Assembly (NCBI GenBank): GCA_030390025.1
Contig: CM059425.1
Location: forward strand, 168,270,001 to 168,334,000
Length of the DNA: 64,000 nt
Direction of reading: 5' to 3'
Source: Squalus acanthias
Taxonomy: Eukaryota
Part shown: one piece after another, positions 24,780-37,268 of the stretch
How the letters are laid out: each line of letters starts with the position of its first letter
How positions within the stretch are numbered: the stretch's first letter is position 1
Notes under the pieces: model-generated
Told to the model about the DNA's origin: nothing
Database searches by the model: none
Seen by the model: only the letters and a program-made list of their open reading frames with translations
Translations under genes and position numbers: made by a program

Positions 24780-27350
24780 AACATAGGAACAGGAGTCGGC
24801 CATTCAGCCCTCGAGCCTGTTCTGCCATTCCACGAGATCATGGCTGATCTGTATCCTAACTCCATTTACCCGCCTTGGCTTCATATTCCTTAATATACTT
24901 GGCTAGCAAAAATCTATCAATCTCAGATTTAAAATTATTAATTGAGCTAGCATCTACTGCTTTTTGTGGGGAGAGAGTTCAACACTTCTACCACCCTTTG
25001 CATGAAGAAGTGCTTCCTAACTTCTCTCCTGAATAGCCTGGCTCTGAATTTAAGGTACCTAAACTCCCCCACCAGCGGAAAAAGTTTCTCTCTATCCACA
25101 CGATCAATTCCTTTCAAAATCCTAAAAACCTCAATCAAATCACCCCATAACATTCAATATTCCAGGGAATACAAGCCCAGTTTATGTAATCTCTCCTCAT
25201 AATTGAGCTTTGGTAACGTCCTGGTAACATTCTGGTGAATCTGCGCTGCACTTCTTCCAAGGCCAATAAATCCTCTCTAAGGTGTGGTGCCCTGAGCTGT
25301 ACACAATATTATAGATGTAGTCTAACCAGGGCTTTGTATAGCTGCAGCAAAACTTCCTCCCCTTTATATTCTAGCCCTCTAGTTATAAAGGCTAACATTT
25401 CATTAGCCTTCATGATTATGACCACTACACTTTAATGATCTACGTACATGGACCGTTAAATCTCTTTAGACCGCTACTGTTCCTAGCTTTTCACCATTTA
25501 AAAAATATTCAGATCTATCCTTTTTTGGTCCAAAATGGATGACCTTACACTTACGTGTGTTGAAATCCATCTGACTCACTGAATCTATCAATGTTTCTTT
25601 CTAATTTTATGCTCCCGTTTGCACTAATTACTATACCATCAATCTTTGTGTCATCAGCAATCTTGGATATATGGCTCTCTATTCTGTTATCTAAGTCATT
25701 AATAAATATAGTGAATAGTTGAGGCCCCAGCACAGATCCTTGTGGGATACATCTAGTCACTTCCTTCCAATTTGAGTATATACCCATTATCCCTACTCTC
25801 TGTCTTCTACCGCCTAATCAATCTCCTAACCAGGTCAATAATTTGCCTTCAATTCCATGGGCTTTAATTTTAGCTGACAGTCTCTTATCGAATGCCTTCT
25901 AGAAGTCCATATAAATTAAATCCATTCTCTGTCTACTACTTTAGTTACTTCCTCAAAAAATTAAATTAGGTTCGTTAGACATGACATACCCTTTACAAAT
26001 CCATGTTGACTCCATATAATCAGCTCAAGTTTCTCTAAGTTCTCAGTCACTCTGTGCTTAATTATGGATTACAATAACTTCCCACAACAGATGTTAGACA
26101 ACAGGTCTATAATTTCCTGGTTTCTCTCTCTCACCTTTCTTAAATAATAGAGTTACATTTGCAATTTTTCAATCTAAAGTGTTAATTCCTGAATCAAGAG
26201 AGCTTTGAAAGATTATGACTAAAGCATCAGCTTATGTTAACTTTAGTGAATTTCAGTCCTTGACTCATTATTAATTTCCCTGGAACGTCAGGTATATTAT
26301 CCTCTTCCTCTAATGTGAAGACTGACACGTAGGGCTGGATTTTACCAGCCCTGAAGAGGCGGGTTTGGAGGCGGGGCTGCTGGGAAAATGGGAAAAATTG
26401 GGAGCGGGTCCCAACCCCACTCCCAACCTGCCTCCGAACCATCTTCCTGGGAGGCGGGACCCGGCTTGCGCAGGGACCCATCTCCTAGCGGTGGGAAGGG
26501 AATTAGAGCCAATTAACTGCCTGTTAACAGGTAGTTAACAGGCAGTTAAGAGGCTTTTCACCATTTTACGCCTGCTGATGCGGCCTTCCCGATGGCGGGA
26601 AACCCCGCCAGGGTCAGCGAGGCGAGCTGTGGGTCTGCTGCAGTGTAAGTGTGTAAATGACAGCTGCAGAGGTAGTGTGATGGGTGCAATGGTGCACAGG
26701 TAAGTATGACAGGTGAGAGAATGTAGTGAGAAATATTTTTATTCTGTTTATATGTATCTGCAGGTGACAAGATTTGATGTTTCTGTGACACCTCATCTGA
26801 TCGGAGGAATTGACAGATGGCTTCTGCAATCTCACATGCAGCTGCCATCTGTTTTCTCCTAAGGAGAGAGTCATTGGTCAGCCTGAGTGCAAGGGCTCAA
26901 TGCTGTCAAACACTGACAATTCATCTGTCAAAAAATTATGGGGCCTGTCCCTTTAAGAAAGCCGGCAGATGAAGCGTCATGCACTGACGTCATCTGACAC
27001 TGGCTTCCCTTTAACTGGTCGGCAAGCCCGCAGGGCGGGCTTAACAAGGCCAATCAAGGGAAAATAACGCCTATTCGTCAGACATCGCTGGGGGCGGGAC
27101 TAGAACCCGGAAACCAGCAGTCCCACTCCCAACGCGCCTCCTCAGGTAAGATCGCAGCCAAAGTAATTATGCAACAAGTCTGCCATTTTTTAATTTCTTT
27201 TTCCTTATTTCATTTACAATATTATCCGCATCTGTTTTAATTGTAAAAACATTGTGTTAATCTTGATTTCCCTCAAGTTTTTTTTCATATTTCTTCTTGC
27301 ACCTCTTACTACCTTTTTTGCCTTCCTTTGCAGTTCTTCATAGCTCTCCC
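24780..27350 (-). mobile_element. Old CR1 LINE ORF2 remnant
   Basis: Fragments IPQGSVLGPQLFTIFINDL and GDLIEVFRILKGIDRVD; 3' tail at 24780; many stops. Confidence 0.85.
26332..27159. mobile_element. Harbinger-type MITE (family of 53950-54797)
   Basis: Starts GGGCTGGATTTTAC. Its internal sequence is the reverse complement of the 53950 copy. It interrupts CR1. Confidence 0.78.
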
Positions 27351-28929
27351 AGTCCCCTGGATAGAATTACATAACATTTATAGCACAGAAGCAGGCCATT
27401 CAGCCCAATTAGTCTGTGCTGGTGTTTATGCTCCACGTGAGCCTCCTCCCACCCTACTTCATCTAATCCTATCTGCATACCCTTCCATTCCTTTCTCCCT
27501 CGTGTACCTTACTTTGCCTGCCCTGGACAAGCCTTTGAACTTCTTCTGTGTACAAAGAATCTTGATAGAACTTCAAGTAAAAAAGTGTGTCCTGAAATTC
27601 AGCTGGGGTTCTCCCAATCTTATGCCATTTCCCTGGAATATCCGTCAGTCTCCTACTGAGGTTGTGGCGGGAGATTGGTAGAACCTTCGCAGAATTTAAG
27701 GGCCAGTTTTTTTACAAGATTCTGAAGCTTTATGTATCTTAGATTCCTTTGATGTGTGGAAAAATCAAGTATGACACTAAGGCTATTCAAAAGAAATTCT
27801 CAATATTTGGATCCAGCTATACTGTACTATACCTGCTTGACTAAATATATGGAGAAATAACCACTCCTCCTTGTGTAATTACAGGAGAGGAAGATTTCCT
27901 TCATAGCAATGAGTGCAGTCATAATGATATAAATGGCTAAAACAAAGTAAAGACTGTTTATTAATATAACAAATTCCATAGAATTTCTTTAGAATTTACA
28001 TCACAGAAACAGGACATTCGGCCCAACAGGTCTATGCAGGTGTTTATGATCCACACGAGCCTCCACCCACCTAACTTCATCTGACCCTATCACCATATCG
28101 ATAATTAATTTGAATGACATTTTCAGGCCAAGTTATTAGTTTATTTGAAGGGTTTAATCAAAAAATGTGTTTTATCCAGTGAAATTGGAGACTACTGTTT
28201 TGCTTTTTTTAATTATGGAGTTATTATTTGCAGCAACAGGCGAGCTATGCATAAGAAATAAATTGCAGCAAGGGAAAGGCTTCCACAGAAGTGGTCATCA
28301 AATGGAAAAAAACAGATATAAAGAATACAGGATCTGGGCTGTAAATCAGATCAATTAGTTATTGAGAACAGCTATGAAGAAATCATCAGTGAATTTGTAT
28401 CTAGACTAACATGAAGGATACTCCACAGATAGAAAGCATTTAAAGGATAGTGGATTAAAAAAATGGATAGAAAATTCTGAAATGTGAAGAAGAGCATTCG
28501 ATAGCGAAGGTTTGAGTTTATTTGTTTCCCATTTTCTTTCCCAGCATTCTACAGGGTAGGGCAGGATAAACTGGGGCTAATAGAGAGGCCTTCAAGATAG
28601 AGCCAATTGTAAATATGGCCAATGATAATTTTTAACATGCTGAATGTAAGTGAAGAGGCCTCCTCCCCTTTAGGGAAATGAGATAAAAATTGGTATTAAG
28701 TGAACTGAAGGATGTTCATAGGGTCATGTGAATAACAGGTGCAGGCACCCGAATAAATAACGGAACTACTGGGGCACCCACCCCATGGAGCCAGCAGGGT
28801 TTCAAAGGGACATCTAGCTGCTTGGTCAAGGGGTGCGGGGTTGCAGGTGCATTGCTGGTCTGGCCTTAGTGTGGCAATTTAAAAAACTAACCCAGTCCTT
28901 GGTTTCTCACAGGTCTGCTGCTCTTAAAT

Positions 28930-30178
28930 GGGGTTAGAAATTATAGGTGCCCGGTTTTGGATGCGAAGGCAGTAATGTTGCCGAGGCCCAGTTTTAGGCC
29001 GGTCTTGGGTCTCAGCTAATTAATCTGGGCGAACTGCCAGCACTAGCCGCGCCTCCACAGGCAGCTTGGCCTTCTGCATGAACCAATTTCAGGCCACCTA
29101 CCTCACACTGGGCTCAGGTGAGTGCCGGGGGGGGGGGGGGGGGGGGGGGGGAGAGGACAGTGGGAGGGGGGCCGATCATGGCCATCAGCAGCCGTCACGA
29201 GTGATGTGAAACTGGGAGGAGTGCTACTAAAACGCACCTTTTTGGTGGCGGATGCTTCGTAGGCCACGTCCACACCGTTCCAAGTTTTCTTCCTGACTGC
29301 AAGATAATAAAATAAAAAATCCATGATCTCAATCTATTATCATAATCTTGCCTAGTCCCCTTTTTTACTCTATCAAACATAAAGGGCTAAAAATTGAGTA
29401 GCGCCCCATTAGCTAAATTAGCGGCCCCGCGCTGGAAATTGAGTGGTAGCACCCCAAGAGGGAAGCAGGGCACTGCAAGTGAATATTGCGGTGCTACGTG
29501 CCGCAGCGCAGCGTGACCCGGGGCCCGGCTGGGCCCCCGGGGATCGGGAGTGCTGGCAAAAGAGCCCGGCACTTCTCTTGAGTGCAGCCGGCACTCCGCG
29601 GGGGGTGGAGGGGGGGTGGTGGTGCTCAGGAGGCCGGGGATGGGAGCACAGGCAGGTGCTGGCAGGCGGCCAGCAACCAAAATGGTCGGCCCGCACCTCG
29701 CCTTTAAATTGTGCCTCCCCGGCTGCAGGTAGACCCTCCTGACCCCGTCGGACATAGGGTCCAGCGGTAAGTCAGGGGGCGCTCCCGAAGATTGCAGCCG
29801 GGGCGCTGCGCACGGCGATGATGTCATCGCCGGCGGCGCAGCGCCACGGGGCGCTACCGGTTAGCGCCGCCGCTAACCTCACGCTGAATTTCGCGGGAGG
29901 CATGGGCAGCGCCGCGCCCGGGTGCTTGTTGCTTTTACCAGGCGTAAGATTTTTAAGGGTTTTCTGCAGGCGGAGGTTCTGCTGAAAGCGGAATTCCCCC
30001 CCGCCCCGCAGAGGCCCTTCTCTAGGGCAGGCGTCCAATCTGTCAAGAATACTCTTGACAGATCGGAAATGCCGGTTTTCAGCGCATGCGTTTCGCATGC
30101 TTGAAACCAGCACTTGCGAGGTCCCTACGGGTGTGTACACAGCTCGTACACACCCGTAGGGATCGGAAAATACGGGCC
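28930..30178. mobile_element. Cluster of GC-rich Harbinger-type MITE pieces, including a ~25-nt G run (29127-29151)
   Basis: TIR-like ends GGGTTAGAAATT, AATTTCAGGCC, GGGCTAAAAATT and AAAATACGGGCCC. 29930-30178 matches the reverse of the 57042 element's left end. Confidence 0.6.
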
Positions 30179-30361
30179 CCTTTGTTTCTTTACATGTCCC
30201 ATCACCACTGCCTTTTGTCTTGCACCATCATCCCTTTTATCAGTTAATCACTCCAGCCTTCCACCCTATACAGACCTTAACTTTGTTCTTTCCTGCCCCA
30301 CCCTACCAATTTTCCCTAACTCTGTACTTGCTTATAAACTGTTACATCTCTAACATTTTCC

Positions 30362-30396
30362 AGTTCTGACGAAAGGTCATCGACCTGAAACGTTAA
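30362..30396 (+). ncRNA. Minimal hammerhead ribozyme (stem I 3' strand interrupted by an insertion)
   Basis: AGTT-CTGACGA-A-AGGTC(ATC)GACCT-GAAACGTT-AA: conserved core, stem II, and palindromic stem III (AACGTT). Confidence 0.75.
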
Positions 30397-30503
30397 TACA
30401 AAAGCAAAATACTGCGGATGCTGGAAATCTGAAATAAAAACAGAAAATGCTGGAAATACTCAGCAGGTCAGGCAGCATCTGTGGAGAGAGAAACAGAATT
30501 AAT

Positions 30504-31270
30504 GGCCTAGAAATTCGATTTGGAGGCTTGCCGCGGGGGTAAGGATCGCGCGCGATATCACCTACCGCGTCTGCCGTCCTTGTTTGCCCCCGCAGGAACT
30601 TCGGGTCCCGGGCCTCTCCCTAGTGCCGGCGCGCAGTGCTTGCGTGTTCCAGGGGCGCAGTTAGTGCGATGCGACCCCTGGGATCACGTGGGCCATGGAG
30701 AGCCAATGGCAGCAGACCATCTTTCATTCATAGATTTGACAGGAGAGACCTGTCAAATCTGTGAATTGAAATCGGCCCCAAAAGAACAGCTAAACCTCAA
30801 ATAATTTTTTTAAAAACCCCATCACATTAATAAAATAACTATAGTTAAATAAATTAACCACTTTAAACAAAAATTTAAATTTTTGAAAAAATTAAAATAC
30901 TTTTTAAAAGTTATAAAAATAAACTTACCTTTCTTTAACGTCTCTAAAAAAGATAAACCTGTTGAAAATTTTTTTTAATTATACTTAATTAACTACTTAC
31001 CTTGTTCAAAAGGGGTCTTACGCCTCCTTTTTACTTGCATAGAATCTTCAATACTTACCCTTGCGTTGAAACCTGAAAAAAAACCTAAGTGTGCTGCGTG
31101 CGCGCAGCCTCTAGTGCGCACACGGTTCACCTAGGAACCGCCCCCTTCGCCATACCGGAAGTGCCGGTTTCCTACGCATGCGCAGTGCATGCAGGAAACC
31201 GGCACTTCGGGAACAAATACGGGTGAGTACGCACTGAGTACTCACCCAATTCCGGCCGAATTTTTGGGCC
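30504..31270 (-). mobile_element. Harbinger-type MITE with AAT TSD
   Basis: TIRs GGCCTAGAAATTCG / CGAATTTTTGGGCC; AAT at 30501-30503 and 31271-31273. Removing it restores the Penelope repeat GAATTAATGTTTCAGG. Confidence 0.88.
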
Positions 31271-31303
31271 AATGTTTCAGGTCGATGACCCTTCGTCAGA
31301 ACT
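31271..31303 (-). ncRNA. Hammerhead ribozyme remnant, disrupted by the MITE
   Basis: Minus strand AGTT-CTGACGA-A-GGGTC(ATC)GACCT-GAAACATT|MITE. Confidence 0.65.
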
Positions 31304-32032
31304 GGAAAAAGCTGGAGATCGAACAGGTTTTTAAGCAAGTGCAGGGGCAGGGAAAGGGGGGAGGGGAGGAAAGAACAAAGGATGGAAGGCAGGAGAGATT
31401 AAGAGACATTAAGAGATGGTGCAAGGCAAAAAGAGATGGTAATGGGACAAGTTAAGAAACAAAAGATGGCTCTAGATGAAGTGTAAATGGCAGAATGAAA
31501 GACAGCTGCCATGTGGGAGAGAGAACATTTAAAAAAAAATAATAAATAAAATAAATGGAAAAAAAAGAATAGGGGCAGAGGTTATGGTCTGAATACGTTG
31601 AGTCCAGAAGGCTGTAAAGTGCCTAATCAAAAGATGAGGTGCTGTGCCTCAAGCTTACGTTGAGCTTCATTGGAACAGTGTAAGAGGCCGAGGACGGTGA
31701 GGTCTGAGTGGGAGTGGAGCGGAGAATTAAAGTGAAAGGCGACCGGAAGCTCAGGGTCTTGAAATGTTAACTCGGTTTCTCTCTCCACAGATGCTGCCTG
31801 ACCTGCTGAGTATTTCCAGCATTTTCTGGGTTTTTTTCAGATTTCCAGCGTCCGCAGTATTTTGCTTTTGTTCAAGTCTTGGTGGCCTGTTTTAAGTTAA
31901 TTAACCTGTTTACGTCCACATTATCTACCTCATTCAGCATCTTAACAACTTGGATCATGTGCCATCTCATCCTTTCTTCATTGAAAACACATTTTGTTAT
32001 CAATCTGCATAATTTCAAATTATAAGCTAAGG

Positions 32033-32370
32033 AGCTTTTTCCCTTAGTAGAGGGGTCTATAACAAGGGGGCATAGATTCAAGGTAAAGGGTGGGAGGTTT
32101 AGAAGGGATTTGAGAAAGAACTTTTTCACCCAGAGGGTGGTTGGAATCTGGAACTCACTGCCTGAAAGGGTTGTGGAGGCAGGAACCCTCACAACATTCA
32201 AGAAGCATTTGGATGAGCACTTGAAATGCCATAGCATACAAGGCTACGGACCAAATGCTGGAATATGGGATTAGATTAGACAGGGCTTGATGGCCGGCGC
32301 GGACACGATGGGCCGAAGGGCCGAAGGGCCTCTATCCGTGCTGTATAACTCTATGACTCTATGACTCTAT
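32033..32370 (+). mobile_element. Short CR1 3' end
   Basis: LFPLVEGSITRGHRFKV..FFTQRVVGIWNSLP, a 3' UTR and a (CTATGACT)n tail. Confidence 0.88.
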
Positions 32371-33446
32371 AACCTCCTGAATCATCCTTGTCATTCTTTA
32401 TCAAACTCTCTTTAACCCACCATTGTCCTATGAATATAAGTTGCCCAAGTTGTGCACAATATTTTATATATGGTATTATCAATAAGTTATACAGAACTAA
32501 TATAACCTGTTTCTATTTAAAATCCACTGCCTTGGAGAGGCATTGCAGTACTTTAGATTAGCTAATAGCAGCCTTGCACTGGCTGAGTACCGTTAGTGAA
32601 TGATAAATCATCACACCCAAATCTTATTCCTTTTCCCATTAGTCTACTTGGCATGGATTTGAACCAAGATCCCAAAATTAAAAAGGCAGTATACTAACCC
32701 ACAGCTCAGTTCCCAAGACATTTTTGTTTCTGAACACTGTAGGTTATAAAGTGGCTACTTGTCCCAGGTCAATTACTCCAGAATCAGTCGTAGAGTATAT
32801 TAACTCACTGCACTACCCAGTTCCCTCAAAAAACATTTATTTTGATCAATCTTTCGGCTATCAACAATCCATGTTTTGTTGTCCTATTACAATATCTAAA
32901 GGACATTTTAACCGACTATGAATCACAGTATTCATTGTTGTTGTGGCCACGAAATTCGGCACCTTAGCGTCGGCTGTTAAGGCCGGTTTCAGCAAAAAAA
33001 TGGCGGCCGCCTCACTTCCGCCAACTTCTGGCATACACGGCGGCAGCCGCCATTTTGGGCAGGTCGGCTGCGCGGCCGTTGCCTTCATTCGCCAGAAAAA
33101 TGCTAATCAATCAGCTCGTGACATCAGTGAGTGTGCAATGCTGATTTGACGGACGACCTGCTATTTTGGACATTGCCACTCGACTGCACGCACTCTCCAA
33201 ATCACGTACAGCTGAACATGCGTTCAGCAGCAGGAAGGACCCCCACCAGTGCTATTTAAAGGGATCATCAACAACTTACAGCTGACATGCTTTTTGATTT
33301 CTACTGACTCTGTGTAAGTTTGTGCAACTGTTTGGAGCTTTCTACAGTTACTTAACGTTGGTGAGGTGACAGGGAGTGGTGCTGCAAGTGGAGAAGGCCT
33401 TGCTTCTGATTTCAAGGGTTCTGTTCAGAACACTTGCTCCCAGTCA

Positions 33447-34569
33447 TGGGGCTCTACTTGCAGGCCCCCCTCACACTGGTCCCCCTCACGCTCGAGTATG
33501 GCAGGAGGATAGAACAGAGGCAGCAATGAAGAGGACAAGCTTCTCACAGAGGGAGGAGGAGGGGCAGGAGGGCTCTCACCTTACCCACCTAGGGTCTTCC
33601 AAGAGCATTTCTCCAACCTGCACTTAAGCCAGGAGCAGTGTATTCGGAGGCTCCGCTTCACCAAGGAGATGGTCACAGAACTCTGCCACCTCCTGGAACC
33701 AGACCTGCAGCCTCAGAGTAGGGTGACAATGGTGCTGTCAATAACCCTCAAGGTCACCGTGGCCCTCAAATTTTTCGCCACCGGATCCTTCCAGTCAGGA
33801 GCAGGAGACATAACTAACATCTCCCAATTCACCGTCCATCACTGCATCCGGGAGGTCACAGAGGCTCTGTACTCCAGGAGAAGGGACTTCATTGTCTTCT
33901 CTCTGAACAGAGAGAAGCAAGAGGAGCGCGCATGTGGCTTTGCCAGGATATCGGGCTTCCCATGGTGCAGGGCGCCGCATATCAATCCTAAGATGTACCA
34001 CAACCACAAAGGTTACCACTCACTCAATGTGCAGTTGGTGTGTAACCATGGCCAGCACATCATGTTGGTGAGTGCCTGGTAGTCATGAAGCCTTCATCCT
34101 GCGAAGTCCTGCGAAGTCCGATGTTCCAGCAATTTTGCAGCCATCACGTTGAACCCGAGGGTGGGTGCTCAGAGACAAGGGCTATCCACTCTACAACTGG
34201 CTGATGACTCCCCTCCACAACCCCACCACTCGTGGCCAGCAATCATATAATGTGAGTCATGCTGCCATGAGTAACCTCATCGTGCAGACCATCCGGGTGC
34301 TAAAGCAACGATTCCACTGCCTTCACCACTCGGCAGGAGCCCTCCAGTACTCGCCGGAGTGGGTGTCCCATTTTGTGGTGATCCACTGCATCCTCCACAA
34401 CTTGGCCCTCATGAGGGCCCAGCTCTTGCCACCACGGGTTCTGCGACCACCTCAGGAGAAGGAGGAGAAGGAAGAGGAAGAGGAGGAGACGGAAGCGGGG
34501 AGATAGTTAGCAGATCCCCGTTCCGGATGGGCTGTCCATGAGCGCCTCATCAGACTCCGGTTCACCTGA
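33447..34569 (+). pseudogene. Harbinger (HARBI1-like DDE) transposase pseudogene of element B (left TIR at ~32945)
   Basis: KVTVALKFFATGSFQ, YHNHKGYHSLNVQLVC, LRDKGYPL..WLMTP, IRVLKQRFHCL, CILHNLA and an acidic tail; frameshifted. TIR-like GGCCACGAAATTCG at 32945. Confidence 0.88.
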
Positions 34570-34738
34570 ATGAAACTCCAGATGCCCATTCTTCAACATT
34601 TCCCCACCTTACCATTCATCTGTCACAGAACATCACAGCATCCTCTTGTGCACAAAGCTGAAATGAGAGTCACCACAAAACAAACATTCCAAACATAATT
34701 TATAAATGAATCAATCCAATACTACATGACAAAGTCAA

Positions 34739-36570
34739 CTAATCACCCTTGTGCATCCCCTTGGTGTCTGTCGTTCGTGTTCCTTTGCCTATTCTACTGC
34801 TCCTATGCAGTGCTCCCCCAGTGGCTGCAGCATGGTTGGTGGAAGGCTGCTGACTTCCCATGGGGGACACGGCAGAGGCCTTGCAGGATGACCTTGAGCA
34901 GCTCTGGACCTAGAATGCCCGGCTCTAGACTGCACCACCTCAGCATGGGTGGCAGCAGTCTGGGCTGGCTGGATGACTGGGCAGCAGCAAGGGCACTGGT
35001 GGAGTGTCAGTGGTGGGAGTAGGAATGCTGTCATCCTGAGAGAGGACAGCAGGTTCTTGCTCCATGGAGCCACTGCCAATACCCTGGGGCGGCGCCTCAG
35101 CATTCCTAGCCATCTGTTGGAGGACAGATTGCTGAACTGTTGTGAGACCCTGCAAGCCCCTTTCCACACTTGTAAACCCAACCACGATGGTATCAGTCTG
35201 AGCTTACGTGGCAGTAAGCTGAGCCTGCATGAGAGCGGTCTGAGCTTCCACTGCAGCACTCAGACATTGGGTCACTTCTGCTTGTGCTGCAGTGGAAGCT
35301 GCGACATCACCCATCACACCCAGCATCATGTTTGGCTCCACAAGTGCTCTAATGGAGTTGCCCATCACTTCCATCCTGGAAATCATGGGCTCCAAGCTTT
35401 GCACAAAGCCCTGTGCAATGTTGGAACCGGACTCCTCCATGCTCCTTGACACTGACAAGAGGCTCTCTGACAGGCCTGCCATTGCACCAAGTATTTCTGT
35501 GTGCATGCCCATCACCCTTCTTCTGAAGGCCGCCCCATCGAAGTCATCATCTGTGCAGCAGAACCCCTATGCGAACTCGCCCTCCGGGGAGCTGGCACCC
35601 AAGCTACACTTTCCTCCTGGCCTGGCTGCAGCCCACTCGTGCCCGGTGACTCACCACGTGCAGATCCCACCTCTATACTACCCTCTAAGGTTTGCACAGT
35701 GCCATTTTCTGAGCTGATGCCTATGAGTGCCAGGTCGAGTGACAGTGCCTCTTCTTCTCCATCACTCTCCTCCTCTACTTGGACGGGGAAAGGCTGGGCT
35801 GCTGACAGTTCTTGGGTATTTGAAAGGAGAAAGGCACAAGGGTTGGGTTGAGGTGAGGGAAGGGGGGGGGAACAAGATGTGCATGCTTACATCATCAGCA
35901 GCTTGTAAGCGAGAAGAGATTGTGGGATGAGGGTGAACTGGGATGTGAGAAGGTGATATGAGCATACCGTCATCAGCAATGCTTTCAACCTCGTCGCTCA
36001 CCATGGCCTCAGTAATGGACTCTCCAATGATCTCCAGCACCGTCTCCTCCGGCGCAGTAAGGTTTAAAGACGTGCTTCCCCCTGCCTGTCTGCTGCTGTG
36101 GTTGTGAGCCACTTTGACCTGCAAGAGAAAGGGAAGTGTGTCAGTGAGTGTGGTGCAATGTGTTTGTGTGATGTGCTTGTCATGTTGAATAGATGACATT
36201 GTATGCAAGGTGTGAGATGTGGGTCTGAGGCTTTCAGTAGTGGTAAGTGTGAGGTGAAACTTTGATTGTGAGGTATGAGTCATGATTGCTAGGGATTGTT
36301 GTTAGGTGAGTGATGAGGGTGTGGTGCATTGAGCAGTGTGTGAGGCTAGTGGTGGAGTTGGTGGGATATGATATTTGAAGATGCATTCACTCACCTTGAC
36401 CACTCGTGTGAGATCACTAAACTTCTTGCGGCACTGGATCCAGGTCCTGGGGGCAACCCACGTGGCACTGATGGCTTGTGCTATCTCCTCCCACTGCCTT
36501 TCGGCGTTCTGCTGGAAGGCCTCCTGCTTCGCTGCAGGTAGAGGACCTGTCGTCTTCTGTGTACCCCCAG
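34739..36570 (-). pseudogene. Harbinger Myb/SANT gene of element B; exons ~36570-36395, 36118-35968, 35819-34739
   Basis: WIQCRKKFSDL..VK|GTGAGT; CAG|VKVAHN...ADD|GTATGC; exon 3 is homologous to 38037-39154 and ends KGMHKGD*. Confidence 0.82.
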
Positions 36571-36574
36571 GACC

Positions 36575-36905
36575 AAGGCTGCAGACAGGTCGAGAAGGAT
36601 GAGGAGGGATAGTTTACCACGGTTACAGTCACATAGGAAACCCTTTGTGACTGATAAGGGCCGTTTCAGTGCTGTGGCAGGGGCAGAAACATGATTGGAG
36701 AGGTTCAAATATGGAGTTGCGGGAAAGTTGGGCACAGATTTGGAAAGCAACAAAACGTTCTTGTACTTTGGAGAGGAAAGGGGGGTTGGAGATGGGGCGA
36801 TAGTTTCCAAGGATAGAGGGGTCAAGGGTGGGTTTTTTAAGGAGAGGGGTGATGACGGCAGATTTGAAGGGGAGGGGAACAGTACCTGAGGAGAGGTGCC
36901 TGTAA
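36575..36905 (-). mobile_element. L2 LINE internal fragment
   Basis: Translation shows L2 signatures: PLLKKPTLDP, YRPISNLP and LSLLILLDLSAA. Confidence 0.75.
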
Positions 36906-37268
36906 GCATTTCTGCCTCAATTAATGGGTTTGGGAAAACTGCGGGGGTGAAATTGGGTATCGCCCGTTTGGGGCTCTAACTTTTAAAAATTTGAAAATTT
37001 AGTGCCAGGCGCTAAGGATTCTGAACTTCTACTAAGTTGGGTGTTAGCGCCCCATGAAGGAAGTGGGGCGCTAAATCAAGCGTTAATGACCTCAGTGGTC
37101 ACAGGGGCGCTACCAGCAGAGCGCTAATGAATTTCAGGTGCAATGCATTCAGCAATGATCTTCACACTGGTTCCTTCCAGCTCTTAAAGGGGAGGTTGCA
37201 TCATTGTGCAGATGCTCATTTTCAGCATTGCTGGCTTTGAGGTGACCTGCGAGCAAGTGAATCCCCCG

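Larger units (their letters stand above)
30180..31870. mobile_element. Penelope-like element 3' ends in opposite orientations; GIY-YIG C-terminus on the minus strand (~31758-31595)
   Basis: The minus strand translates DPELPVAFHFNSPLHSHSDLTVLGLLHCSNEAQRKLEAQHLIF*LGTLQPSGLNV. Inverted terminal repeats lie at 30398-30500 and 31765-31870. Confidence 0.85.
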
